Below are positions 38,956 to 46,594 of a stretch of DNA of 54,802 bases, piece by piece; positions within the stretch are counted from its first letter, which is position 1; each line of letters begins with the position of its first letter. Origin of the DNA: a virus (lineage: Duplodnaviria; Heunggongvirae; Uroviricota; Caudoviricetes). The translations under genes and the position numbers were made by a program. The notes below the pieces were generated by a model. The model saw only the letters and a list, made by a program, of their open reading frames with translations, had not been told where the DNA came from and ran no database searches. Location: positions 1-54,802 of IMG/VR virus record IMGVR_UViG_3300036766_002280; one strand, written 5' to 3'.

Positions 38956-39237
38956 ATGAATCAAAAAGATCTTCAAAAGAGAATTCAAGAGTATATAAAA
39001 GAAAATGGAATTGATAAATTCAATGAGTTAATTATGAAAAATATTTTTCTAAAGTACTTGGGTTTAGGAGATGGTGTGATGGTGGTCAAACCTACAAAGA
39101 AAAGGGTTCAGTTGGTGGATATTTCTCTATCTAAAAGCAATAAAAGATATTTTTTTGAAGTGGGTGGAAAGAGCACGGAGCTTACTGAAGTTCAGGCTGA
39201 GATTTTTGAAGTACAGAAATTGTTTTTAAACAGGTAA
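38956..39237 (+). CDS. Hypothetical protein
   Basis: AGGAG RBS, downstream of the promoter motif. Confidence 0.55.
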   Translation: MNQKDLQKRIQEYIKENGIDKFNELIMKNIFLKYLGLGDGVMVVKPTKKRVQLVDISLSKSNKRYFFEVGGKSTELTEVQAEIFEVQKLFLNR

Positions 39238-39267
39238 TATAGTAGAATTGGATGGAGGAATTTAACA

Positions 39268-40008
39268 ATGGTAATGTTCAAGGAAGAAAGTAGAATACCT
39301 GGTCCAAATGATATCGCTAAAGCCTTATGCGAAGTATTTAATTTCCTACTGCCTAGATTAGGGGTAGGAGATTTAATTTTAATGAAGGGGGTATCCCCAA
39401 CAGAAGTTTATGATATTTTGGTAGGAGAAAAACCTCATCTTACTCCTCCTGGATTTAAGCCTTTTTCAAAAACCCATTTAGCATTACCTACTATCAAAGC
39501 TTATATGGTGTACGCAAAAACACAAGATCCAAATAATTTATACTTCAATATCATTAAAAAAAATGGAGGATCCCCAGAACATAAACTCGCACCTATGCAA
39601 TTGATACCTTTCGTAATATTTGATTTACCTTCTAGCAAGCAAAAAAAGAGATTAATTACTAAAGCTGCTGTTCGTTTAGCCGCTGAAGCAGCAACAGCAA
39701 AAGCAGTAATTCCAGAAATAAATAAAGATAAACCACTGGTTATTCGGGCAAAAGATGGCACTCCAAAGTATCTTCCTACGTTTAGAATTTATATCAACGA
39801 GCATGTTGGGGAAATATTGATGGTAACAACAATCAATAAAGAGTTTATTAACAGAGGAATGGACGGTAAAAGTCAACATGGTAAAAAAAGGATAATGAGC
39901 TGTATCCATAAATGCCATAAATATCTTCAAACTTTCCCACTTGAAGGAAAAAAATCTGGTATCGGTAGTATAAAGGTTTTAAGAAGGGTAGAAAAGAAAA
40001 GTGATTGA
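39268..40008 (+). CDS. Hypothetical basic protein
   Basis: GGAGG RBS; no recognised domain. Confidence 0.55.
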   Translation: MVMFKEESRIPGPNDIAKALCEVFNFLLPRLGVGDLILMKGVSPTEVYDILVGEKPHLTPPGFKPFSKTHLALPTIKAYMVYAKTQDPNNLYFNIIKKNGGSPEHKLAPMQLIPFVIFDLPSSKQKKRLITKAAVRLAAEAATAKAVIPEINKDKPLVIRAKDGTPKYLPTFRIYINEHVGEILMVTTINKEFINRGMDGKSQHGKKRIMSCIHKCHKYLQTFPLEGKKSGIGSIKVLRRVEKKSD

Positions 40009-40477
40009 AAAAGAAGTTACCTGGCATTCGTTCGAATACGACTGTCAAAAACTGGCAAAGGATATTAAAGATTCTAATTTAAAAATTTCTACACTTATTG
40101 CTATCGCTCGTGGTGGTTTGTTTGTTTCTGGATATCTAGGACATCTTTTAGGCATAAACGATATCAGGGTTGTCTGCCTAAAATCTTATGCTAACAAAAC
40201 GCAAGGAAACCTAGAATGTTTGTTCTTATCGGATTTCGATCCAAAAACTTCTTTAGTTGTAGACGATCTGGTAGATACTGGCAGAACTTTGGCGTACTTA
40301 ACAAAATTAAAAAACAGTGAGCTAATTACCTCTGTTTTATATTATAAGAGGACTTCTTCTTATATTCCAACATTTTTTGCTGAAAAAGTCGATCCAGATT
40401 GTTGGATTAATTTTCCGTGGGAGCTTCAAATAAAAAATGAGCAGACATCGTACAGACATGGTAGGACAGATTTTTGA
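40001..40477 (+). CDS. Type I phosphoribosyltransferase (xanthine/guanine PRTase-like)
   Basis: 'IAIARGG' and the PRPP loop 'LVVDDLVDTGRT'; C-terminal 'WINFPWE'. Confidence 0.88.
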   Translation: MIEKEVTWHSFEYDCQKLAKDIKDSNLKISTLIAIARGGLFVSGYLGHLLGINDIRVVCLKSYANKTQGNLECLFLSDFDPKTSLVVDDLVDTGRTLAYLTKLKNSELITSVLYYKRTSSYIPTFFAEKVDPDCWINFPWELQIKNEQTSYRHGRTDF

Positions 40478-41114
40478 TCGATTAACTGTATTGTTCTTCA
40501 GTCATTATAATAAATGGGGGCAAGCGTACTGGCTGTGTCGCTGTCTCTGCGGCACAGAAGTTGTTGTCTCAGGGTACAATCTTCGAAGTGGAAATACTAG
40601 ATCTTGTGGTTGTTTGCGTAGAGAAATAGTAAAAGAACTTCATACAACTCACGGCCTTTCATCACACCCTCTTTGTCAAGTTTGGTTGGAAATGAACTAT
40701 CGATGTAATAATTCTAATCATGATGAATACCACAACTACGGTGGTCGAGCTGTTCCGATCGCTGTCTGCGATCGATGGCATCAAGACAATCCAGATGGAT
40801 TAGCTAACTTTATTACGGACATGTATCCAACATACAAAGCAGGCTTGTCCATCGAAAGAACAAAAAACAACTCAGATTACAACGCCGAAAACTGCACCTG
40901 GGCCACAAGAAAGGAACAACAGAATAATACAAGAAGAAATCGTTTGATTGAGTATCAAGGGAATGAAATAACTTTATCTCAGTTAATAGACATAACAGGT
41001 ACGACAATTCCCAGACAGATTTTGTATGGTAGAATCTTCGTCCGGAAATGGCCTATCGAGAAAGCATTAACAACTCCAGTAAGAATACAAAAACGAAAGA
41101 GAACGAAAGAGTGA
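40437..41114 (+). CDS. HNH-type homing endonuclease-like protein, paralog 1
   Basis: 'YWLCRCLCG...LRSGNTRSCGC', 'YHNYGGR', 'LSIERTKNNSDYNAENCTWATRKEQQNN'. Confidence 0.8.
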   Translation: MSRHRTDMVGQIFDRLTVLFFSHYNKWGQAYWLCRCLCGTEVVVSGYNLRSGNTRSCGCLRREIVKELHTTHGLSSHPLCQVWLEMNYRCNNSNHDEYHNYGGRAVPIAVCDRWHQDNPDGLANFITDMYPTYKAGLSIERTKNNSDYNAENCTWATRKEQQNNTRRNRLIEYQGNEITLSQLIDITGTTIPRQILYGRIFVRKWPIEKALTTPVRIQKRKRTKE

Positions 41115-41126
41115 GAAGAAAATCAA

Positions 41127-41621
41127 ATGCAGGACTTAAAAAAAATTATTATTATTGACTTAGATGGCACCTTAGCGGATAGTTCCCTTCGCAAGCATCA
41201 TGTAGAAGGCGTGAACAAAGACTGGGCGTCCTTTTACTTTAATATCCCTTATGACAATGTTAATCTGTGGTGTAAAGAATTAGTACTAGGCATGATCAGT
41301 AGATCAGTTGAATCTCTATTTGTATCAGGACGTCCAGAAACGATGGAATCTAATGGAGTTGTACATCCTATCAAAGAATGGACCCTTGATTGGCTCCAAA
41401 CCCAATTTCAGCTGACTTCAAAATCCTTTTTTGAAGAAAAGTTATTCATGAGAGCTTCTGGGGACAAACGAGAAGATTTCATAATCAAAAAAGAATTGTA
41501 CGAAGACCATATCAAAGGTAAATATGAGGTCTTATTCGTAGTTGATGACCGTAGGCAGGTCGTCAACATGTGGAGATCTGAAGGGCTTGTTGTTCTGCAT
41601 TGTGCTGACGGAAATTTTTAA
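41127..41621 (+). CDS. HAD-family phosphatase (T4 PseT 3'-phosphatase-like)
   Basis: 'IDLDGTLAD', 'FVSGRP', 'VVDDRRQVVNMWR'. Confidence 0.85.
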   Translation: MQDLKKIIIIDLDGTLADSSLRKHHVEGVNKDWASFYFNIPYDNVNLWCKELVLGMISRSVESLFVSGRPETMESNGVVHPIKEWTLDWLQTQFQLTSKSFFEEKLFMRASGDKREDFIIKKELYEDHIKGKYEVLFVVDDRRQVVNMWRSEGLVVLHCADGNF

Positions 41622-41622
41622 T

Positions 41623-41659
41623 CTTGATTTTGAATTCAGTTTCCACTATATTATAATAT
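41623..41659 (+). promoter_or_regulatory. Conserved phage promoter motif (copy 2), abutting the ATG at 41660
   Basis: TTGATT (41624-29), 17 nt, TATATT (41647-52); TATTATAATAT at 41649-59. Confidence 0.6.
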
Positions 41660-42118
41660 ATGAAGGCTAAAAATGGAACCATGAACAATGAAAGAAAATC
41701 AATTTCAATAAAAGATTTAATAAAAGAATCTTTACAACAAGGTAAAGAAACAGATAAATTCGTCCACGAAGCTCTAGCAAGAGGTGGTAGAAGTTTACTG
41801 CTTGACGAAAATGTTAAAGGACTAAGATCTTTTTTACAAAAGAAAAATTATACAGCGAGTGTTGCCATAGGAACTGATGATCAGATTAAAGAAAATTTGA
41901 TTAGAAATCATGTTTTTATTTCTGATGATGATCGAGGATTTTTAGATTTTCAAACTAGGCAATTGTACTACTACGGGCTGATTTTAGTTCCTAATGAAAT
42001 GGATTCAAAAAATCTTGCTAACTTAGTTGAAAAAGTTTTAATGGCAGCAGGTTTTGGTAATAATTTGCTACAAGTTTGGCAAATTTACTCTGATGGTACT
42101 TTTGATAAAACCGACTAG
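41660..42118 (+). CDS. PIN-like domain protein (DUF5615/VapC45-like)
   Basis: 'LLLDENV...GTDDQI...FISDDDRGF' acidic pattern. Confidence 0.55.
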   Translation: MKAKNGTMNNERKSISIKDLIKESLQQGKETDKFVHEALARGGRSLLLDENVKGLRSFLQKKNYTASVAIGTDDQIKENLIRNHVFISDDDRGFLDFQTRQLYYYGLILVPNEMDSKNLANLVEKVLMAAGFGNNLLQVWQIYSDGTFDKTD

Positions 42119-42140
42119 TACTTTTTTGAGGGAGTTAGTA

Positions 42141-42377
42141 ATGACAAATTTTGAAAGATGTGAACTGACTATTCCAGTAAATAAAGGTGGTTCAAGATGC
42201 GTAAAAGAAGTTTTTACTACAAATCCAGTTCCTTTGTGTCGAGTACATAATAGAATGATTGAAATGATGCAGATCGATATGCCTGACACTTACAAGAAAA
42301 TTTTAGAATCTTGGTGTGGAATTCATAAATCTGCTTGGAACACTTACAATACCAAGAAAAGTAAAACAACAAAGTAA
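42141..42377 (+). CDS. Hypothetical protein (78 aa, Cys/His-containing)
   Basis: ATG 42141 after GAGGGAG. Confidence 0.5.
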   Translation: MTNFERCELTIPVNKGGSRCVKEVFTTNPVPLCRVHNRMIEMMQIDMPDTYKKILESWCGIHKSAWNTYNTKKSKTTK

Positions 42378-42399
42378 GTAAGTAAGAAGGAGAACACGT

Positions 42400-42852
42400 A
42401 TGCGTATGCAGACTTTAAAAAGTGTGCCTGTAGAATTATTTGGAAAAGACCATTATAGTTTACTTGCCTACATTGAGACTCGGTGTGTGGATCACGATGG
42501 TATTCTGGATCATCGACACATGAGGTGCAATGTTGAAACTCACCCATTACAATATCGAGCAGTAATAGCAACGATTCAACAGTGGAATCCTGACTGGGGT
42601 ACCAGATTAAAAGGGTATTGGAAAGACGATAAAACTAAGGATCAGGCATTAAAACTTCCTCATCATGATGATTGGGATTGCCTGGACGATCTAGCTGCAA
42701 TTGGGATTGTAAAAATAATTAGTATGGTTAATGGTTTTGTTCAAATGACTGACAAAGGAAATAAGTTGGTGGCACAGTTGAGAGCCTTCAAAACTAAAGG
42801 CGGAGAATTTGCAGATTTTGATTACCAACCAGATCCAAAGGAGCTGAACTAG
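42400..42852 (+). CDS. Hypothetical phage protein
   Basis: AAGGAG RBS; 'GKDHYSLLAYIETRCVD...HDDWDCLDDL'. Confidence 0.6.
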   Translation: MRMQTLKSVPVELFGKDHYSLLAYIETRCVDHDGILDHRHMRCNVETHPLQYRAVIATIQQWNPDWGTRLKGYWKDDKTKDQALKLPHHDDWDCLDDLAAIGIVKIISMVNGFVQMTDKGNKLVAQLRAFKTKGGEFADFDYQPDPKELN

Positions 42853-43001
42853 CTATACTGGGGAGGGACTGATTGTCACTTCCACTTGGGCTGACAAAGG
42901 TCGGTGGCGTAACACTTAGACTTCAAATCAGCCGCCGGGTTACGACGGAAAGCGACTAAGTAGACTGTGGAGTTGACCACAATACGAAATCGCCTAGTTC
43001 A
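42845..43001 (+). ncRNA. Candidate structured non-coding RNA of unknown class
   Basis: GC-rich intergenic island with an 8-bp closing helix (42845-52/42994-43001) and several internal helices. Confidence 0.4.
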
Positions 43002-43023
43002 TTTTTATAAAATTAAAGGACGA

Positions 43024-43060
43024 GAAAACCCCTGAGTTTTTAGCCTCAGGGGATGAATCA
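43024..43060 (+). repeat. IS200/IS605-end-like hairpin CCCCTGAG-N8-CTCAGGGG-ATGAATC
   Basis: Perfect 8-bp stem; shares the TGAG...CTCAGGGG core with 36558..36611. Confidence 0.55.
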
Positions 43061-43112
43061 CCAAACGCAGAAGAATTAAAAACCTTTTTGGCGAAAACGA
43101 AAGAAGGTGGGT

Positions 43113-43481
43113 ATGAAAAACTTACTTTTAATATTTACTTTCTTGATTGTATTATTAGTCGAAGTTTCCTGTGGCCCGACTGTCCACGTGGGTGGGAGTG
43201 ATGCGTGGTACTTGTTGGTACCTCTCAGCACGGTGCCCATTGAACAGGCTGTCCAAATGCCTTTGGCTAAATGGGATCAATACAAATCCTCCTCGTCTTC
43301 TTCCGGGACTGGGTGTGAGTTTTATCTATCTTTTTTACAACAATATGCTAGAAGTCCTGTTGATTCAGACTTTTACTCAGACGAAAAACATTTTATAGAG
43401 GACCACCACGTCAGTACAGAGGCAATTAAATATGCTAGATGTGTCCCTATCCTAGACCCCAGATTAACTAGAGGAGAATAA
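43113..43481 (+). CDS. Putative exported/membrane-anchored protein
   Basis: 'MKNLLLIFTFLIVLLVEVSC' signal-like N-terminus; lipobox not canonical. Confidence 0.5.
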   Translation: MKNLLLIFTFLIVLLVEVSCGPTVHVGGSDAWYLLVPLSTVPIEQAVQMPLAKWDQYKSSSSSSGTGCEFYLSFLQQYARSPVDSDFYSDEKHFIEDHHVSTEAIKYARCVPILDPRLTRGE

Positions 43482-43527
43482 TGAATTGTAATCAATGTGA
43501 TTTGAAGAAGTTGGAACATATGGCCGA

Positions 43528-43728
43528 ATGAAAATAATAACCAGAAAGCATTTAACAAGGGTAGTAACTCTGCATGATGTAGCTCGTTCTGTGGCAAAAA
43601 GTATGAATAAATATTTGGCAACTTTACCAGAAGAGGAAAGAAAAAATCGAATGGGGCATTTAGATAAAATTGTTGAAGAAGTGAAAAAGGAATGGAAAAT
43701 TGAAGACAGAAGAAAAACTTGGATTTAG
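43528..43728 (+). CDS. Hypothetical protein (66 aa)
   Basis: Co-oriented ORF; start uncertain. Confidence 0.4.
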   Translation: MKIITRKHLTRVVTLHDVARSVAKSMNKYLATLPEEERKNRMGHLDKIVEEVKKEWKIEDRRKTWI

Positions 43729-44440
43729 GCAGCTTTCAGAAGAACGACGTAAGAAGATTATTGATAAGATCAAAAAGCTGTTATCTTTGTCTGATAAGGG
43801 TAAAAATACCAATGAATACGAAGCAGCGCTAGCGGCATCTAAGGCACAAGATCTTTTACTACGCTACAATCTTAATCTTACTGATATAGAATACAAGTCT
43901 GAAAAGTGTAAACAGACTTTCTTTGATATTGGAAGTAAAAACCCGGGTAAATGGGCCTCTTCTTTAGTTGTAATGGTGATGAGGCATTTTTATTGCGAAG
44001 TGCTTTACGCAGGCAAAGGGAAGTATATTATAGTTGGAGAAGAACTTGATGCTGAGGTAGCTAGTTTTACTTTTGATTATCTGCATGAAACAGTTACTAG
44101 ATTGGCTAAAGATTTTGCAGTGAAGCATAAGATATTGAGGGATGCCAGAACTATGAGGACTTCTTACAGTATCGGCGCAGTTACATCGATTGAAGAAACT
44201 TTGGTACGCTTAAAAAAAATTAATGAGTCAGTTGCTAGATTTGATGCTCGTATAGAGCATGGAGAAGAAAATGCTCTGGTAATTTTAGAAAATAAACTTG
44301 AGAATATAAAAGAACACATACAAGAAAATTTTCCAAATCTAAAGAAAAAACAAAATTATATTTCTGTAAATGATCAGTATGCTTATGAACAAGGCCGTGA
44401 AGATGGGCGATCTATTGCTATCCGCCAGGGCTTAAAATGA
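43700..44440 (+). CDS. DUF2786-like domain protein
   Basis: 'IIDKIKKLLSLS...NEYEAALAASKAQDLLLRYNL', then a DUF7168-like region '...YEQGREDGRSI'. Confidence 0.75.
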   Translation: MKTEEKLGFRQLSEERRKKIIDKIKKLLSLSDKGKNTNEYEAALAASKAQDLLLRYNLNLTDIEYKSEKCKQTFFDIGSKNPGKWASSLVVMVMRHFYCEVLYAGKGKYIIVGEELDAEVASFTFDYLHETVTRLAKDFAVKHKILRDARTMRTSYSIGAVTSIEETLVRLKKINESVARFDARIEHGEENALVILENKLENIKEHIQENFPNLKKKQNYISVNDQYAYEQGREDGRSIAIRQGLK

Positions 44441-44772
44441 ACGAACAGTTTAGGGCTAGAATTGAAGGTCTAAAACAGGATCTTAAAGAAGAGGATCCAA
44501 ACGCTTCGATCAATGCTGTATCGTTGAAAACTTTTGAATACTTTGTTACGGAACAAGATTTTGATGACTGGGCTGTTTCCTTAACCCCATACAATACCAT
44601 TGTCTGTTCTCTTCGTTTAGGAAACAGTCAATTCATATCTCTACATTTTTTAGACGATGGACAAATTTCTTTAATTATTCGAGCGACTTCGATGGTAGCA
44701 AATCTTGAGGCTATTATTGAATGGGTACTGAAAAATTTAGCTCGCGTAAATAAATGGATCAGAACAGGGTAA
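44437..44772 (+). CDS. Hypothetical protein
   Basis: ATGA-coupled to the previous gene. Confidence 0.5.
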   Translation: MNEQFRARIEGLKQDLKEEDPNASINAVSLKTFEYFVTEQDFDDWAVSLTPYNTIVCSLRLGNSQFISLHFLDDGQISLIIRATSMVANLEAIIEWVLKNLARVNKWIRTG

Positions 44773-44808
44773 ACTCGTAGTATAATAATAACAACAAAGG
44801 AGGGAAGA

Positions 44809-45057
44809 ATGGAAACGGAAGCAAAAGTAAAGAACGAGATGGCTATCATGGGCATCGAAGGGGATCTCAAGCACATGTGGGATCCAGATAATAAAGAAGA
44901 GACTGAACATGCACGTAAAACCTTTGATGACTTCGTTACCAAGAAGCATTATCTTGCTTATACAGTAGATAGAAAAGGTAATGCTGGGGAACAGATGAGA
45001 AAGTTTGATCCTCAGGCAGAGAAGATGGTTTTAGTTCCGCAGATGGCAGGAGGGTGA
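44809..45057 (+). CDS. Small protein ending in Gly-Gly (82 aa)
   Basis: GGAGG RBS; C-terminus 'MVLVPQMAGG*'. Confidence 0.65.
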   Translation: METEAKVKNEMAIMGIEGDLKHMWDPDNKEETEHARKTFDDFVTKKHYLAYTVDRKGNAGEQMRKFDPQAEKMVLVPQMAGG

Positions 45058-45058
45058 T

Positions 45059-45823
45059 ATGTCTGGACCATATTATTCAACTTGCGATGTTGGCACAATT
45101 GCGAATGTAACTGCGTGGACAAATTGGGTTGCTACTGCTAATGTGACAACTCGTGCTTCCACTTGGGCAAACTGGACTTCTGGAACTTCTGGAACTTCTG
45201 GAACTGCCACCTCTCTTTCAGCAATAACGAGTAATATGTTCTTCTATCCAATTCCATCAGATGTTAATGAGTGGGGTGGGGCGGAAGTTCTTCAGCCGCC
45301 GATGCATTTTCAAACGGCAGATCTTACTGAAGAACAAGTTGTTGATCAGACAAAGGACTGGAATGTCCAACGTGAAGCAATTGTTCAACGTAGAGAAGCT
45401 TCTCGACGACAGGAAGAAGAACGACAGGCAACACTTGCCGCTTTGGAAGCAGAGGAAAAGAAGAAACGTGTTGAAGCAGAAGATCGTGCAATGAAGCTTT
45501 TACTCTCCAATCTGACAGTATCTCAGTTGAAGAACTTCAATGGGAACAAATGTATCGCTATCGATGGAAAATCTGGAGACCGGTATAGAATTAAATTCGG
45601 ACGATCTGGAAATATTGATGCGTTTAACAAGAATGGTAAGTTTAAATATCGGTTGTGTGTTCATCCTACGATGCAAGTTCCTGATGCTGATACAGTTTTA
45701 GCTCAGAAACTTATGCTTGAAACTGATGAAGAGATGCTTCTTCGTCTTGCAAATAAAACGAATCCTGATGTGGCAGATTGGAATCCTGATGTGGCAGATT
45801 GGAATCCTCCAAATCAGGTGTAG
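45059..45823 (+). CDS. Hypothetical protein with low-complexity N-terminus, coiled coil and conserved-looking C-domain
   Basis: Starts 1 nt after the GG-protein stop; 'RYRI...NI...LCVHP...VPDADTVLAQKLMLETDE'; (ACTTCTGGA)x3 at 45176-45202 and a 21-bp tandem duplication at 45761-45802. Confidence 0.6.
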   Translation: MSGPYYSTCDVGTIANVTAWTNWVATANVTTRASTWANWTSGTSGTSGTATSLSAITSNMFFYPIPSDVNEWGGAEVLQPPMHFQTADLTEEQVVDQTKDWNVQREAIVQRREASRRQEEERQATLAALEAEEKKKRVEAEDRAMKLLLSNLTVSQLKNFNGNKCIAIDGKSGDRYRIKFGRSGNIDAFNKNGKFKYRLCVHPTMQVPDADTVLAQKLMLETDEEMLLRLANKTNPDVADWNPDVADWNPPNQV

Positions 45824-45825
45824 GA

Positions 45826-46010
45826 ATTCTTAGTTAGGTTATTCGATACTGCTTCGAATAATGGGGCTAAGATAAATGTAGGGCCATGTTTCTGACGGGG
45901 TTGCACCTACCGTAAGTTGCTAAGAATGATCTGGTAAGGCTGATCATCGTATTGGATCTTTCATGAGATGTAAGCAGGGTCTCTAGCTTAGTAGATTACG
46001 ATCCCCCGTA
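45826..46010 (+). ncRNA. Candidate pseudoknotted non-coding RNA upstream of tRNA-Asn
   Basis: Helices 45826-33/45920-27 (8 bp), 45839-46/45854-61 (8 bp), 45878-82/45906-10, and 45895-900/46004-09 (crossing). Confidence 0.4.
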
Positions 46011-46027
46011 TAAATTTGTATGGTTCT

Positions 46028-46100
46028 TCCGCAGTAGCTCAGCTGGTAGAGTAGGTCACTGTTAATGACACGGTCGGCGGTTCGAACCCGTCCTGCGGAG
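46028..46100 (+). tRNA. trnN: tRNA-Asn (anticodon GTT), CCA not encoded
   Basis: Acceptor TCCGCAG/CTGCGGA + G73; D arm GCTC/GAGT; anticodon loop CTGTTAA; T arm GGCGG-TTCGAAC-CCGTC; top anticodon-stem pair is a G-A mismatch. Confidence 0.92.
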
Positions 46101-46125
46101 TTCGCAAAAGGAACTAGGAACTAGG

Positions 46126-46338
46126 ATGATAGATATTATAGTTTCTTTAATAAAACCAAAGTTATTCAAAAACGGTGCTCTTCAAGCAATAGCCTTATGT
46201 TTGGAGGTACCTAGATCAGAGAATGTCATAAGACTTAGACGTTGGGGTATGGACGAATTAAAAGCTGCAAGAATATTAGCTCAAGAAATACAATTTGTTG
46301 ATGAACAATTAGAAGATAAAGGAGTAGAAGTAGAATGA
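46126..46338 (+). CDS. Hypothetical protein (70 aa)
   Basis: AGGA RBS; co-oriented. Confidence 0.45.
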   Translation: MIDIIVSLIKPKLFKNGALQAIALCLEVPRSENVIRLRRWGMDELKAARILAQEIQFVDEQLEDKGVEVE

Positions 46339-46529
46339 CTAAAGAACAACAACTAATGATTACGGAGTTGCTAGAGCACCGCGACGAGCTTAATGAATGG
46401 GAGCAGGGGTTTGTTGATAGCATCAAGAATTGGAATAACCTGTCGATTGCTCAGGTTGAGTCACTTGAGAAAACTTACGAGCGAGTATTCGTCGGAAATG
46501 ATGAGGAAAGCGAAGAAATGGAATTTTAA
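46335..46529 (+). CDS. Hypothetical protein (64 aa)
   Basis: AAGGAG RBS; 'LNEWEQGFVDSI' motif common in small phage proteins. Confidence 0.55.
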   Translation: MTKEQQLMITELLEHRDELNEWEQGFVDSIKNWNNLSIAQVESLEKTYERVFVGNDEESEEMEF

Positions 46530-46535
46530 ATAATC

Positions 46536-46567
46536 CTTGATTTTTGATTCCAATTATATTATAATAT
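46536..46567 (+). promoter_or_regulatory. Conserved phage promoter motif (copy 3) upstream of DNA ligase
   Basis: TTGATT (46537-42), 17 nt, TATAAT (46560-65). Confidence 0.75.
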
Positions 46568-46594
46568 AATTATAAATTAATTGGGAGATATAAA

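Noticed and set aside
42915-42932. 'GACTTCAAATC', resembling the tRNA-Sec anticodon loop
   Set aside because: No full anticodon stem, T-arm (TTCGA) or acceptor stem around it.
42901-42962. Assignment as an HDV-like/theta ribozyme
   Set aside because: P1- and P2-like pairings exist, but P3 has a mismatch and P4/J4/2 cannot be placed cleanly; kept only as an unclassified ncRNA candidate.
43113-43175. Lipoprotein call
   Set aside because: The residue at -3 from Cys is Glu, which does not fit the lipobox; reported only as a signal-like N-terminus.
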